Below are positions 35,254 to 48,927 of a stretch of DNA of 64,000 nucleotides, in pieces (within the stretch, counting starts at the first letter, position 1; each line of letters opens with the position of its first letter). The stretch lies in contig OZ237757.1 of NCBI GenBank assembly GCA_965178125.1, positions 558,001-622,000 of the forward strand. Direction: 5' to 3'. The notes under the pieces are model-generated. The model made no database searches and was not told where the DNA came from. It saw only the letters and a program-made list of their open reading frames with translations. The DNA is from Bilabrum cf. latius. Its lineage: Eukaryota. Position numbers and translations under genes: made by a program.

Positions 35254-35802
35254 GTATGAACAGAGGGAAGTGTGCGCGAACCAGGGTGAGAGCGAGGACC
35301 ATGGCTGGGCGGAAGACTGAGCTAGCTTAAGCTTCTAGACTTTGTGATTCTGGTGGATGGCATGGATCAATGGTGCATTGTGGGTCTAGTTTGAAGTAGG
35401 CCCACCCCCTTGTGCGAGTTGCCTGGAGCCCTGTTTGCTTGCCCTAGTGGTTGTGAGACCCGTTTCTGTGCCTTATCCGATCGAGTTCAACCCATCTTGG
35501 ATGACAGAAGGCGGACATGTCGGTCTTGCTACATCCTGGATAGTTTGGCACCAAGAATAACTATAAAATTGACTAAGCAGTGCTCGGGATCAACATTGAG
35601 ATCAAATCAAATCCCTAAATCTTCACGTGACCCCAAAATCTAGCGCTGTCCGATTTTGGACCCCGGATCCCTGAATCCATTGGATCTAATCTATGGATCC
35701 AAAGTGTACACCTTACAGCTTGATCCAATTGGATACAGACAAACAAGAGGATAGCTTAGATTCTCCAATCGAAGTGTGTGGCCAACATATCGCGGACAGT
35801 GG

Positions 35803-38800
35803 TCATGTGTCGGAACTCGACCGGCCCTTCCGTCTCTAGAACCGCAGACGAGTGTCTATTTCGACTTCAGCCGCAAGCTACAGAGAGGCAGGCCAGTGGA
35901 ACTAGCTCGGTGCAGGCTGCTACATTGGCTCCACAGCAGCTGTGGCTCGCTACCACAGCCGCCCAGGCGAGCTAGCTGGGGCTGTGCTGTCAATGTCCGC
36001 TCCCACCGCTTCGTCTTGTGCGCCCTTGCCAGTGCTTGACGTCGCCCCTCGAGCGCCTGGACCCGATACAACAGGGCCAGCACCGTTCAACCCCAGCAGT
36101 CTTGAGCTGGCAGACTGCTTGTGCACGGGACGCGGACCAGCCCCGCTAGCATTCCGCACCCCACCCTATGCATCTACAGCCTCTCCACCTCCTGCAAAGA
36201 GCCGTCGCAGGCCCCCTAGGAACCCCCTGCCTACAGACGAGGCCATATGCCCGGCTACGGACTGGACCATGGACCACACCTAAAAGTTGAAGTGCTGTTG
36301 GACCAGGGCGCCGAGCTGCGGCACTGAGAGGCACTGCCGCTGCAGCACCAGAGGTCGCACCTTGGCCCTGTCGTCAATGCGCACAACATACCCTGCCACT
36401 TCCATCCTGAGTCGAATCTCACCGACCCGGAAATACTTGATGTATACCAAGCGAGACAGCTCGTCCTGCCTCTCGTCCTTCTTGGCCCGCACTGCCGAGT
36501 CGTGCCTGGCCTCCTCGCTCGACGACCCATCACCTCGCCAAGCCCCCGAGCTGCCGCCCACTGTTGTCCCACTGCTGCCGGTGATAGTGCGGGATTGCCT
36601 GCTCCCCCGTCTCTTGCCCATGCCACTGGACGACCTCGAGCTCGACCCCCACTTTTGCATGCGCGGGTCCCTCGCTCGCCTCGCCCTGCCTCCACGCGAC
36701 CCTGAGCTCCTCCGGGACTGCCGCGAGGAGCCGCTTGTGATGGACCGCTTCCCGCTGCCTCCACTACTACTGGAGGGCGCATCCACGTCAGTACCATCTT
36801 GCTCTGCTCCAGTTTGCGCGAGCGAGTGATCACTGGAGCTGCTGTCAGATCCTGGTACGGTCCGACTGGCCCTTGAGCCCCTCCTCAACGGCCCAACGCT
36901 GGGAACACGGACGCCGGCAACCTCCCCTCGACTCGCGGTATGTGAGCTACCTCTCGCCCCCGCCCATGCGCCAGCAATTCCAGAGGGTGTGGCAAGCTCA
37001 ACAGAGTCGATGCCCATCGTGTTGGAGGAATCTTGCCTCGGCAATGCAGGACCGTCCACTGCACCATCCTCCACGCCCAGCAAGTCCCCCATCCTGTTCG
37101 TCAATAGCCTTCGCTGCTCTTCTGGTGAGGCCAGCCCGTCCAGTTTCTTCTGCTAGGCTCGGCCACGACCAGAGCCAGCCCCCACTCCGCTGCCCACGAA
37201 CGACCTCCGGACCTGGTGCGCGGCCGCTCTAGCCTTGCTCAGGTGCACTGGGTTCGATATGCCCCCGTTCCAGGGCTGCATCGCCGGGTCATACTTGTAG
37301 TAGAAGAATGCCAGCAGGAAATCAACCGTCTCTTTGTCCGCCTGTACCACGATGAGGTGATCCACGCCGGGAAATGCACTGATCTCGACGTGGTCGTACA
37401 CTGCGACGCCCGCTTGGATGTCTTTCGAGGTGGAACTCTCTTCCCCCGCTAGTGCGGTGCGTTGCACCCTGCGCCGTCGACGAGCACCCGCATCGGACCG
37501 ATCTTTATCCTCCCTTTCCTTGCGCGCGCGCTGTCTCCGCACCACTGGGTCGTATTGCGGGTCCATAAGCGGGTAGATCGGGGGCTGGCCGTGCGCGACA
37601 ATCCGCAGGAATCGGTCGTTTGGGGTAGGCGCGTGTCCTAATCTGGCCCCGATCACGAAGTCCGTTGGCTCCACGTGGAATGGAGAGGGCTGCAGGTCTT
37701 CAGCATGGCCTCCTGTCGGAGTAGATAGGCTGACGCCTTGCGCTGCAGCAGTCTACGTGCCGCGTGGGGACAGCGCCGCCGGTGCACCAGCGACCTTCCT
37801 CGCGACCGCAGGCAGCAAGTCAACCGGATCAACAGAAAACCCGGGCTCTTGGCCCATCCTCGCGGGCGAGTCGTGCATTGTGCGGATGGAGGATACTAGC
37901 CGAGACATCTCACTGTCAGCGCCACCGCTGCTCTACGCCTTGCTCTTTCTGGCCAATGAACTCCCACTCTCACTTTGCACGGCTTCCTCCCGAACAGAGA
38001 GGATGCGCAACCGTCGTACCTCGGCCCAGCCGAGCTCAATGTCCACCTGCTGCCCACCATCTGACCGCCTGTTGTGCCTTCCGTGCAGTGCACTCAGGTA
38101 CAGTCCGATGACTGGCATATCGTCCTTGCCCTCTCGCAGCAGCAACTGGCCCTCCTTCACGCCGTACTCGATCAAAAAGCTGGAGGAAACTGCTGCGCTG
38201 CGAGTGCCGCGGCGACGGCTAGAAATAGCCTCCAACACAGCAGTCATGTCTTGAAGTACATTGCCGCGGCCCCCATGGCACGAATTGCGGGCTGCCAGAG
38301 CCCACGGATCCTCGCTCTCACTTGTCTGGATCGTGTCCGGGTCGTCGCCGTCGTGGTCCCGCTCCAAATCCACCTGCTGAGGCGGCCGCGTGGCACTAGC
38401 GAACGCCAGCGCCGGTAGGTCGGTTGCCCAGTCCACTATGCTGCGAGCGATTGCCTGCTCCTCATCTGTCGACTTGGAGCCAACACTGTCTGAATGGCTG
38501 TCCCCGGACCTCCTTCTGAGGCCAGCCTCCAGCGCGTGCACTTCCGCACCTGCTGCATCGCTGATCAGCCAGTCGCTGGCTGCGGGCAGAGCATCGCTTG
38601 GACTATACAGCAGTCGCATCATCGTCGCGTAGTGGCCCAGAATCGCGCTGGATGGCGCCGAGCTGTGGTGTGCCCTGGGTCCCTGCCATACCCACGGTGA
38701 GGAGGCAAGCGCCCTTAGCCCGGCCAATTTGCACTCAAGGGGTCTTGCTCGGCCTGGTAAAGGGCCTGCATGTTGCACAGCAGCATCATCGCCAACATCG

Positions 38801-41800
38801 CCAACATATTTTTCACCCGCTGGTGCAGTCCCACCTTTACCATGGTCAGATCCAGGTGGATCACGACCAGCTGTTCCGCTCGGTCTACGCACCTCATCTC
38901 CCAGGAGTGCAGTCACCTCACCGTGCTTCGACCCGACCAGCGTGAACCTTGGGGCCAGCCCGGCATCAGATTCTGTGCCGTGGTCGCTACTACTCGGTAG
39001 CTCGCTGGAAGATTCGCCTGCATTTTCTTGTGCACTGCGCGAGACCAGACCGCTTGGCTGACCCAGGAAGGTGGCCAAACTGGTTCGGGAAGGCTACAGG
39101 CCTCGGCTGCCCTTGAACCCACGTTTTCGATGCGAACGCTCACCATCAGCCCCGTCGTCGGATGCTTGCGACGAGACGGACACTTTACGCTTGCCATGGC
39201 TGGGCAGCTCGCCGAGCAATTCCTCAGGTCGCGCACCTCCGGGACTAGATTCAGGCGAAGTGGGGCTCTGGGAAGCAGCAGTAGCACCCTGCGCAAACGA
39301 CTGGGCCGGTGTCTTAATTTGCAAGCCAGACGGGGTCTCCACCGTGGTGTTGGTGACGCTGCGGGCTGCAGCTGACAGGTCAACCGCATCGATCAGCTCG
39401 GGCGATATAGTTCGCGGGGACCCAATGACACCAACAGACGGCCCTCGCCGTTCAATCCTCTCCTCGACGCGTGCATGGATCGAGCTCTGCAGCGCCGCCT
39501 GCGGCAGGCTATCGAGGCCGCTCTACCTGAGCGCGCTCTGCACATACTGGCTCTTGGCAGCAGCCAGCCCTGCTACATCCGAGGATGAGGCATCTGCCAC
39601 TCCCTCCTGTAGCACGCTCCTCCTGCGGATCCTAGTGATTTGTCCGATGATGTCAGCCTCGCACTGCTTCTGCGTCTGCTCCGAGCACACACCATTCAAC
39701 GAGCCGACCCAGATCCTGGCAGGCCTTTGCTCGGAAAATCCCCTGGCCAGGCCAGCTGCAAGAAGCAGCAGCGGCGGGTCTGGCAGGGCATCCTGTAGGC
39801 GAGCTGCAGTAGCTTCCACTATTTCTTGCGCAGATCGACCATACGTATCCACTAACGCGTCCTAGTCGACCTCTCTACAAGCCGCCCATGCGCCGGAACC
39901 CATGCCCGTGCCAACCTCCGTGACGGGAAGACCACCAGTGCCCACACCAGCCCCGAGGGCGTGCGATATAGCGACACGTGGCTATAGAGGCTGCACGGGC
40001 AATGCCACAGCAGCAGCATAGGTAGGAAGCTCCAGGCTTGGCCGGGCCGGGTCCCCCCAAATGGCGTAGCATACGTCAACGAGCCCCCTAATCTGCGAAG
40101 GATCTCCGCATGCCTGCACCTTGGGCACGTTAATGGACAACTTGCTGTGGCGGGCAGCGGAACCACCGTCCTCTGCACCCGCCTCGCTAGATTTGCCACC
40201 CTTTCCGTCCTCGGTGGACTGGTAGATGCACTGGAGCTCCGTCTCCCTCATAATGGGAACAAGGAAGGCGCCTTTGCTGCTACTGTGCCGACTCGTGTCT
40301 CTGCTGGACACTCCGGCATCGTGGGTGCGAGGCCCAGGTCTTGACCGTACCCTGCGAGAAGATGGCCGATGCCTGCCAGGGTGCTTGGCAGGGGCGGCCT
40401 GCCGGATGCTGGACTCGCTTGATTCATGCAATGCAGCTCGCGCAAGCCAGAGGCTGGACGGATCACCACTAGTCTAACCACCCCATCTGGTGTCCATACC
40501 GATCTTTGCAGCGTCGTATGCGGCCCACGCACGGACCTTTGCGAACCGAATTAGCATTTGAGAAGCGATCCGCCTGCCCGTGAAACGCAGTCCGTCCTGT
40601 TGCAGCATGCGTAACCTGAACGAGGCATCGCGTGGCATGGTCCCGTCATTATGAGGCTCTTCCGAACGCAGCACCATCCTAACCGCCTTGGGAGCGATCA
40701 TTATCCTTCGGTCGTCTGATTCGTCTCCGCTCCAGAGCGCTAACTGCGGGAAATCCGCAAGCAAGCGGAAGAACACGCGCATCTATCGCTTTTTCCGTGC
40801 GGTTCCCTTGTTGGAGACACATCGCAAATCCTTGGTACTGTGTCTATCAACCCCAGACAGGACTCCAAGGGGAAGGAAAAAATCGCCCCCGGTGATCCCG
40901 GGGACTGGGGCTCCGCTAGGTAGCCGAATCGATCCCTCTTTACCCAACAGACCCGTGCTCTCGTCCAGATCCAAGACAGACTGATCATCTCCGTCCTCAG
41001 GCGCAGCAGCTTGAGAGGATACTGTGTCCAGTGTCCCATTAGCCGTCAGGCTGCGGCGAGATGCTGGGGATGCGTGGCTTTCCCCACTAGGTTGCGCGGG
41101 GACATCGCTGTTGCCCCCGTTTGGTGGTAATGCAGCTTGAATCGCCTTCCGAAGCGCACTGGGCGGCCCATGCACGAGCCGGCGTGCAATACGCTTCATG
41201 GTGGCAGGGGCAGACCAGAGTAGTGGCTACGTTCGGTTGAAGGTAGCAATAATGCGGTCCGTCAGATAGTTAATCAACTGGTCCGTTGACGGAGTGTAGT
41301 AGCCCCTCAAGTAGCCCATGTAGAGCAGCCCTGCAGCCCTGCTGCGATGTCGCGGACTTGGGACGTGCCTTCTGCTGGGCAGGCCGAGGGCTCGTCTGGT
41401 GCGGTCGGGGAGCTGGCTGAAGGGCCCGCATGCTGCGGCGCGACGGATCGAGGCGTCTGGAAGGATGCCAATGTGTGCGTACCGCTCATGCTAGCTGTCT
41501 GCACCGTAGGTCCTTCCTCCAAGGCGGGGTGATACGAGCTTGGCCGGTACCTGGCCGACGTGGTTTGGCACCTGGGGCGTTGACTGGGTCGGCTCCTCCG
41601 GGCGGCAATACCGGGCGCACTCCCTTGCCATTGACTAGAAGATCTTGCACCTCTGAGTCAAGTCCGATCCACTCCCAAACACCATCAAGTCACATTCTAG
41701 CAGCACATCCTCCGGCCTCGCTGGTCGCATGGGACTCACGGGTGTGGCCCAGAACGGCCGAGACGGCCCTGTACCTCCACGTGAGCGCTTCGACAAGGCA

Positions 41801-44800
41801 ATCACAAATGGAACCTGCAGCTCCCGCTGCTCTGACATGCGTACGCCTGGTGCTGCCAGTAGTGACTGGGAAACCGCTCGGGCGTGAGACTCCCTCTGCA
41901 TGGACTGCAGCACGGGCGCCTGCCGCGTTGAGCACGCGTGCACCTTGAGTCCCACTATGCAGGTTGTCTGCCCATCGGCAATTGCTTGGCTGTTTTGGCA
42001 AAGTCTTTTAAGCCCAGCCACCGGGTTCATCGTGTTGCCACTTGTCGCTTCCAAGGTGTTGTGTTGTGAAAACACTATGTCTGTCCACCAGAGGGGCTTG
42101 CGGTCCCCTCCAGCTGAGGCCGCCCCACCCAAAAACAATGACTCATGGTCGGTTACGGAAGTAGCTTGGCTAATATGCGCCAGATTTCCCCTGCTTGACC
42201 GCTTAGCACTACTTTGTCCGACGCTAGTTGCTGCAACAGCAGCACTCCCAGCAACGGCTCCTCTCCGTGTAGCCGCCTACTCACATTTGCCAGATGCTGA
42301 GGAGACACGCCTGTCGGTATCTTCAGACGCGGATCCAGTCTCTGGTGTAGAAGCAATAGTGTCCGAGTGTGAGCGAAGCACCGGGGTGCTACCACCTTCC
42401 CCAGCTGAGTTAGACTCAAACCCACCGTCACTGCTCTCCTAATTTGTGGACCCTGTCCTAATTCGAAGCACCTGTGTCAGCCCAGTCTCGGCCCTGGATC
42501 GTGCAGTAGGGCCAACATCATCCTAAAAAATCTGATCCGTCGCTAGAACGGATCCATGGTGCCTCAACTGCAGCAACCCGGCACGGCATGCCTGGGTTCG
42601 ATTCACAAAGCTGTACCTATATTGCATCAGCTCCCACTGCGCTCCCAGCCTGGAAGTGCGAGTAGGCCACCACAGCAGCCTCAAAGCCGGCTTCGCTTTG
42701 CGCCGAGCTGCTGGCCGTTGGCCTCTTCGCGCTTGTGGAGTGCCATCCACTCCGCTTGGCTTCCCGGTCCCAGCATCTGTACGATCGCCCTAAGACTTTG
42801 ACACTCCGGGGCAGCAAGCTGGGACATCGATCTCCAACAATACGCTTCGGCTCATATCACCAGCTGACCTTGGAAATAGGGGCGGATTGCCTTCCTCACG
42901 GAGCGGCATGCCACTCGAAGCAGCCCCCAGTGCCTCCTGCAGCTGGAGGGCCGCCGTCCGAAGCGAGCCACCCAGCACCGACTGGTAAGCAAACACCACG
43001 GTGGCAATTGCCTCCTGACACATAGATAGCGTAGGAATAAGCAGTCCTTTGAATTGCTTGGGAGGTACCAGCTGCAGACCTGGGATCGTCTCCCACGGCA
43101 GCTCCAAACCAGTGGGAATCCCCCGGATCTCACAACCAGGCCCTGCAGGCAAGACTCTCATGTCCATACACCAGGACACGCCCAGCGACCGGAATGGCAT
43201 AAAATTATCACCGTTCCAATCCTCTACATCATCGTCTGCAGCATGCAGTGGCATTGATCCACGCCTCCTCAGGTGCAGCGCATTGCTTGCGAGCCTTCTG
43301 CAGCGGTCCAGAGCCTACTGCCCTAGTCGGCACGTGTGATGGGAGCCTAGCACGTCGCGACTTACGGCTCTGTGCAACGCACCCGATCTTCCGGGACTGT
43401 ATATATCCTTATCTCGCAACATACCACCGATTGTATCGTGGTGCATGGCTGCCTTCAGCTCGACCTATGGGAGGCTCATGAGGGGGAAGTCCACCGATGA
43501 CCCGGTAAGTCCCAGGTCGACAACGTCCCCACCACTTCCCTGGGACGTAGCTACAGTTCTCTGCGCATTGCGCTCTCTTCGCGAAGATGGTGCCCCAGCA
43601 ATGGTAGGCTGCAAGTCACCCCCCCTGCACATGGAGCTCACTCTGTACCCGTGCATGCGAGCTGCAACCTAGCCCCACCTGGACTCAATCGTAGCGGCAT
43701 CGATCGCAGTCATGAAGCCCAGGTCGCAGTGCTCCCTGGCATCGAGGCCCTTTGTCACCAGTGCCTGGACCATGGCGAAGGCGCTTGGGCAGGAGCGGAT
43801 CGAGGAGAGCAACGACGGGCGTAACACCTGGGCGTGCACCTGAAGCACGGCCCTCGTCATGTGCAGCCTCATCTTGCCGTGCACACTGTACCGCAGCCGG
43901 TCCCACCAGGCCAACGAAGGGCTCTGCTGTGTTTGGTGCACCTAGCGGGCATTATTTGCAAACTGTGGACTTAAAGAAGTAGCGGTGGCATTCTCTGCTG
44001 CCGGTCCTACTGGCCGAACCACGGTGTTGGTCGTTCTGCGGGGTGTCCACTCGGCCAGTCGCTTTGATACGTCCCCGAGCCCGTTCAACCTGGCCATGGC
44101 CCAGTCATACCTAGGGCTAGACAGGGTCACATCGAGGTCGTGGTACACCTTGGTGTCACTTTTGGCGGTCCAAGCGTGGATTGAAGGCACCCGCAGCACC
44201 TCACTTGACAAATGCGGTGCGATGGCCGCAGATGGTTGCTCTCCGGTTGGAGGCGGAGTCATGGCTGTCATCAGAGGAGCGGTGCGCGCAACAAACACCT
44301 TGCCTGTGATTCGCGCTCGGTCTGCCGATAGCATCGGCTGCTTCGGCTCGTACCTGATTCGATCCAACGAGGTACCGTCATGCACGACGATAGGCAAATC
44401 ATGTTTCCCACTTACCATTCTACCTTCGTTTACCAGGACTTGCATCGTCGATGCGGCGGCATCGATGTACAGGGGGTCCGGTGATAGCCATGAAAGGCCC
44501 TGTATTGCTCCACCAGTTGCCGTGCTGGACGCAGCTGAATCAAGCGGCCGAATCATGGACGCCAAAACACTTGGATCCTTGCTCGTTGTGCTGAGTCCAA
44601 CGGCGAGCCACAAAGACTTAGCCGTCACAGCGAGCGCGGGAACTTCATCTCCGTGCGGAGGCTTCTCACTGGAAGTACCTACTACAGCTGAATGACGTGG
44701 CACAACAAGGCTAGCATCAGTGCAGGCTAACCGCAGCAACAGCTTTGGTGGACCTTGGGCCGATCGACTATTCGTTAGCCTACCACCTTCTTGTGCGAAT

Positions 44801-47800
44801 AATGGCATGTGCGTCTGAATAAGATCGGTGCAAGCTGAACGGCGTGTCAGCTCCGCACACATTCCACCCCGCACAAACGATTGCCGCAGGACTCTTACCC
44901 CTTCAAACAGGACTCCAGGGGCGACTTCGGTGTGCTGGTATATATGAAAACCAACGGAAAGAACCTGGGCAAGTCCGTTATGCCCGTATCTGGCAGCATT
45001 AGAAGGGAGCGCCCGCTCGAGTGCTTCTACGCCATCCTGAGTGCCATCCTCCGAGGCAAAATTGAGGGCACTTAGGGCCCTCTTGCGCCAATGCGGGCTC
45101 ATAGCCACGCCACCTGGCACGTCTGGACCTACCACGAATGCATCTCCGCTTGCAATAAGCCAGGGAGCATCTGGATTACTCTGGCACTCATCCGCAGGTA
45201 TGGCGTCAGCAGATCTACCGGCTGGTGGAGCAATAGAGAGCCTTGGATACTTGAAAGCCACCGCCACTCCGGAGGGCTAAACTGAGTCTGCAAGCTGAGC
45301 AGCAGGCGAACTGTCAGACTTGTTCGAACCAACAGCTCCATTCACTAGCTTAGCCGTCTCAGCCACAAACCGCATTTCATGCCCACTGGGGAGGGTAGCC
45401 GTGCCCCGAAAGCTGTGGAAGCTGGCACTGAAACCTGCTGTGGGGCCTATCATGTGGTTGCCATGCCTTGATGTTGATGCCTATGCCGCAGGAGGACAAG
45501 GCTTGGCAGCTGCTGATGCATCAACCAGCATCCTTCGCAAGTAGGCGAGGTAGTACACCGTGTCTTCCTATACTTGTATGGATGCTTTGTGCATGTCTAG
45601 ATGCCACGCGCCCTCAGTATGAGGCTACCTTGCAGCTGCAAGCAGATCCCATGATATAACCTTCGCTTCTCTTCCAGTTACCACTGTGAGCTCATCGTTT
45701 CCTGCACGCTGCTTTCCCCCCGTTCGAATCGACATGCATCCCGACTCAGCAAGCCGGATCAGTGGTTCGGCCGACGCTGATGCGCTGGCCCCACCAATGT
45801 CAGTGCTAGTTCCCGCATTCATTGTCGAGCCATTCAGACAGATCTCATACACAACGTAAGACAGCTCATCCGTTTCAATCTGGCGTGCCCGAGTGAACAC
45901 CGACGCGGGCATGTCTTCGATCCATCCCCGTAGCTTTACCATTTCCTCGTGGAGCAGGCCTAGCCGCTGCTGCCGGGCATCGGCTGCCATGTCGGCAACC
46001 TGCACCTCGTCCTGATCGCCAAAGGACCGAACTGCCTCAGCAACGTGTGGGGGACAGGGTTGGCGCAAGACAATAGGTATGCCCTGCTTGCGCAGTCGCA
46101 ATGTTATCGTCTGCAGCGATGCATCGACGGCCATTCCCAGTATGGCGAAGGGTTCGAGAGCTACAGCAGGGGCATCTCCAGCCGGCGCTTGGGCAACGGA
46201 CTCCTTACGGCCTTCGGAGGATGCCTCAGATCTGACTGCAAGGAGCAAATCACGCGCCAGTGGTATTGTTTGCACTGCCTCGTCATACCACGTCTCAACC
46301 GATGCATCAGCCCCACGAAACCTGAGACAGGGTGTGTGCCCAGGCGCGTCCATCACAGCAACCTTGGACTGAGTCATGCTGCAGCGCAGGATAGGCTCTG
46401 TCACGGATGCGAATAGCTTCGCATCAAATGAGCAACATCCTGCAGCGGCGGCAACATCGATCGCTGTGGCTCCGCGCTCACTAACACTCCGCTCAGAGGT
46501 ATCCTGAGTATCAACCGGCGCTTGTGCGCCGCTTGATACCGACGCATCAAGTCGAGTGCAAGCGACTGAAAGCTGCAGCTGCCTTTCACCACCGGCTAAT
46601 CCATCACTCCCTGAGTCTTGGTGCGCGCTGCTGATGTTTTCACTTGCCTGCACGTCCAAGTTCGCCAACCGCACCCGTACCAAGCACGGTTCGGCTTGCT
46701 CGTTGGGTAGGACCCTGCTTGGCGTCTGTCTCCGAGACTCTGGCCCAGCCCTGTATTCAGACGCGCTCGTGATAATTTCCATAGTGTGGCCGTGTTTGGG
46801 AGGATGTGCTAGCAAGCGATCCTTCAACTCTAACATAAAAGTGGCTGCGTTGGATGTGCGCAGGTGCAGCGTGCCGGCGTCGACATCTACCATATTGTAC
46901 CTGGTACAATCCTCCGCATCAACAGCGTCCGCCCCATCTGAGATGCTAGTTGACCGTACATTGCGTCGAAGCAATACACGCAGGTCGTTCAATCGAAGCA
47001 AGGCCCCTGCAAGCGATGGGTGTTGAGCACAATCCAAAGCTGGCAGTGTGCTGTCTAGAGCACGTGGTAGAGAGCCACCTTCAAGCGAAGACGCACCAGT
47101 TGCCTCAATACTGGCTGCTGTTAGGACGAAGTTGGAATTACCAGTAATGCCCTTCTATATGTCTAGCTGTAACGAAGTGCCCTTGCCTTGCACGTGCACT
47201 GGCCGAATGCAGCTAGCTGATTGATCAGTGGTGCCCCCATGGGGGTCCACGCTCACAATCTCGCCATTCACCACGACAGAGTCGATCTTCAAAGAGGGGA
47301 CTAAACCTATAGTGTCAAGAATATCAGTGGCTGCTATCACTGAGCCAGCTCTTAGGCCCGCTGCAATGGCCAGCTGCCGCAACTTCGCAGCTGCGGTCTA
47401 CTACTCTGAGCGCATTGGACTTGCGCTCGGTGTAGAAATCGATGCGCTAGATGCGCCTGCGTTGACTGGCGGCGTCGCTTCTGGTCCGCTATTCCTCACT
47501 GAAGTATCAAAGGCCCCCGCTGCCGTCTGTGTCTCCACTGTCACCTCCAGTTGCCTTGCTGCGCACTGCACAGTGCTGGCAGGACAGCTGGACACGGCCC
47601 GCCCACATACGAGCCTCTGAGCAGCGGGAGACTTGCACTCTATGACGAGGTCTTCCACCTTACAATCTCCTCGTGTGAGTATGAGCCCCTTGCGACCGCT
47701 AGATCGCGGGCTTCCCTACTATTGATCACTGCCCTAGGACTCAGGCAGTCCGGCCTCCTGAGACGCGCCCAAGCCCCTCCCAGCGGTGGTGCTCCCTGCC

Positions 47801-48528
47801 GCTGCCGCCGCAGAGGGGCTGCTGCTTGTCTAAACAGCTCGCGCAGGTCCTATTTTGTCTTGTATACTCACAACCCCTGCATATGCTAGCGAGCCTATTC
47901 GCAAATATGCCTCCCCTGCATCGATTGCAACCACCACCTTGATGTTGCATGCTTGCACCTGCCGCTGTGGGGGACAGCAGGCAAGCTCGTTGCATTTGAT
48001 GCGCACCTCGACCCTTCGCAGCAGCCAGAGGATCCAAGGTGATAGCATTCGTAATCTTTTTGTTAGCAAGTTGATGCCTGTCAGTATCTGGGACTGCAAC
48101 GGTGAGCGAACGGTGGGCACAGCAGCGCGCCCTTCCATCTGCCTCTAGCTCACAAGCACGCCATCTAAATCAACGCAAATGGCGATACGTGATACATCGG
48201 ATGTTTTATCTACAGTACCCGTGAGCAATCCAAAACTTAACGCAAGCTTGGCAAACGATATGTTGTACAACCCGTCGGACGTCGACATTCGGAATTCTTC
48301 AATGACTCCGATATCTAAAGAGCTAGCTTGTGCAGTGCAAGATATTTTTGGATACAAAAAATGCACCAGTGACAGCGTGAGGCCAATTGAGTTCCGAACA
48401 GATGCGAAAACAAGCGCGGCAACTACTAGTCCAAGTAGAACGCTGGACGAAACATCGAATCCATCAGAAAATCCAGCTGAGATCGATAGAAGTCCAAGCA
48501 AAATAGATAAAACAACTACACGTATCAT
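35803..48528 (-). CDS. FMP27/Hobbit/KIAA0100/SABRE (BLTP2)-like bridge lipid-transfer protein, ~4,240 aa
   Basis: About twenty track ORFs in one frame, separated by TAG. N-terminal hydrophobic helices, SLAWWDRLRYSVHGKMRL, FMPFRSLGV, and C-terminal Apt1-like VYDHVEISAFP...LLAFF and VYIKYFRVGEIRL. Stop TGA 35803. Confidence 0.8.
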
Positions 48529-48927
48529 TACAGCGGCGGTATAGCTCCAGAAAATGGACAGCGGAGGCGCCGAATGGCAATTCGAAGCTTGACATTGGAA
48601 CGTTCGTTAAGGTTCACTAGTGGGTGCTGAATTGACTTCAGATTTACTGCTTAGCTTGGGACTTCATTTGGGAGTTTATTTGAAATTGATCGGAATACAT
48701 GTCATAACCACACTTGTGCTAATAATTTGCACAAGTATTGATTTTGTCCAATTGTGCTGAACCGGGTATTGACCGGCAGTCATCACCTGACCCCCCACAA
48801 GAGACTCGAACTCTCACCATGCATTGATACCCAACATATCTGCATTTTGGATAAATCAAAGTTAATAATAGCTACTATATTTTGTATTAAGACACTAAAC
48901 CAATTCACAAAGGGTCTGCTTGTAGTC

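Noticed and set aside
12928-48528. Functional cluster of endomembrane genes (transporter, DmX/Rav1, Env7-like kinase, BLTP2)
   Set aside because: Interspersed with unrelated genes and no evidence of co-regulation. Plausibly chance.
48529-48927. Fusion of the FN3 and BLTP2-like genes (same strand and frame)
   Set aside because: They are separated by TGA 48928 and a 400-bp AT-rich spacer, and the BLTP2-like gene has its own ATG and N-terminal anchor.
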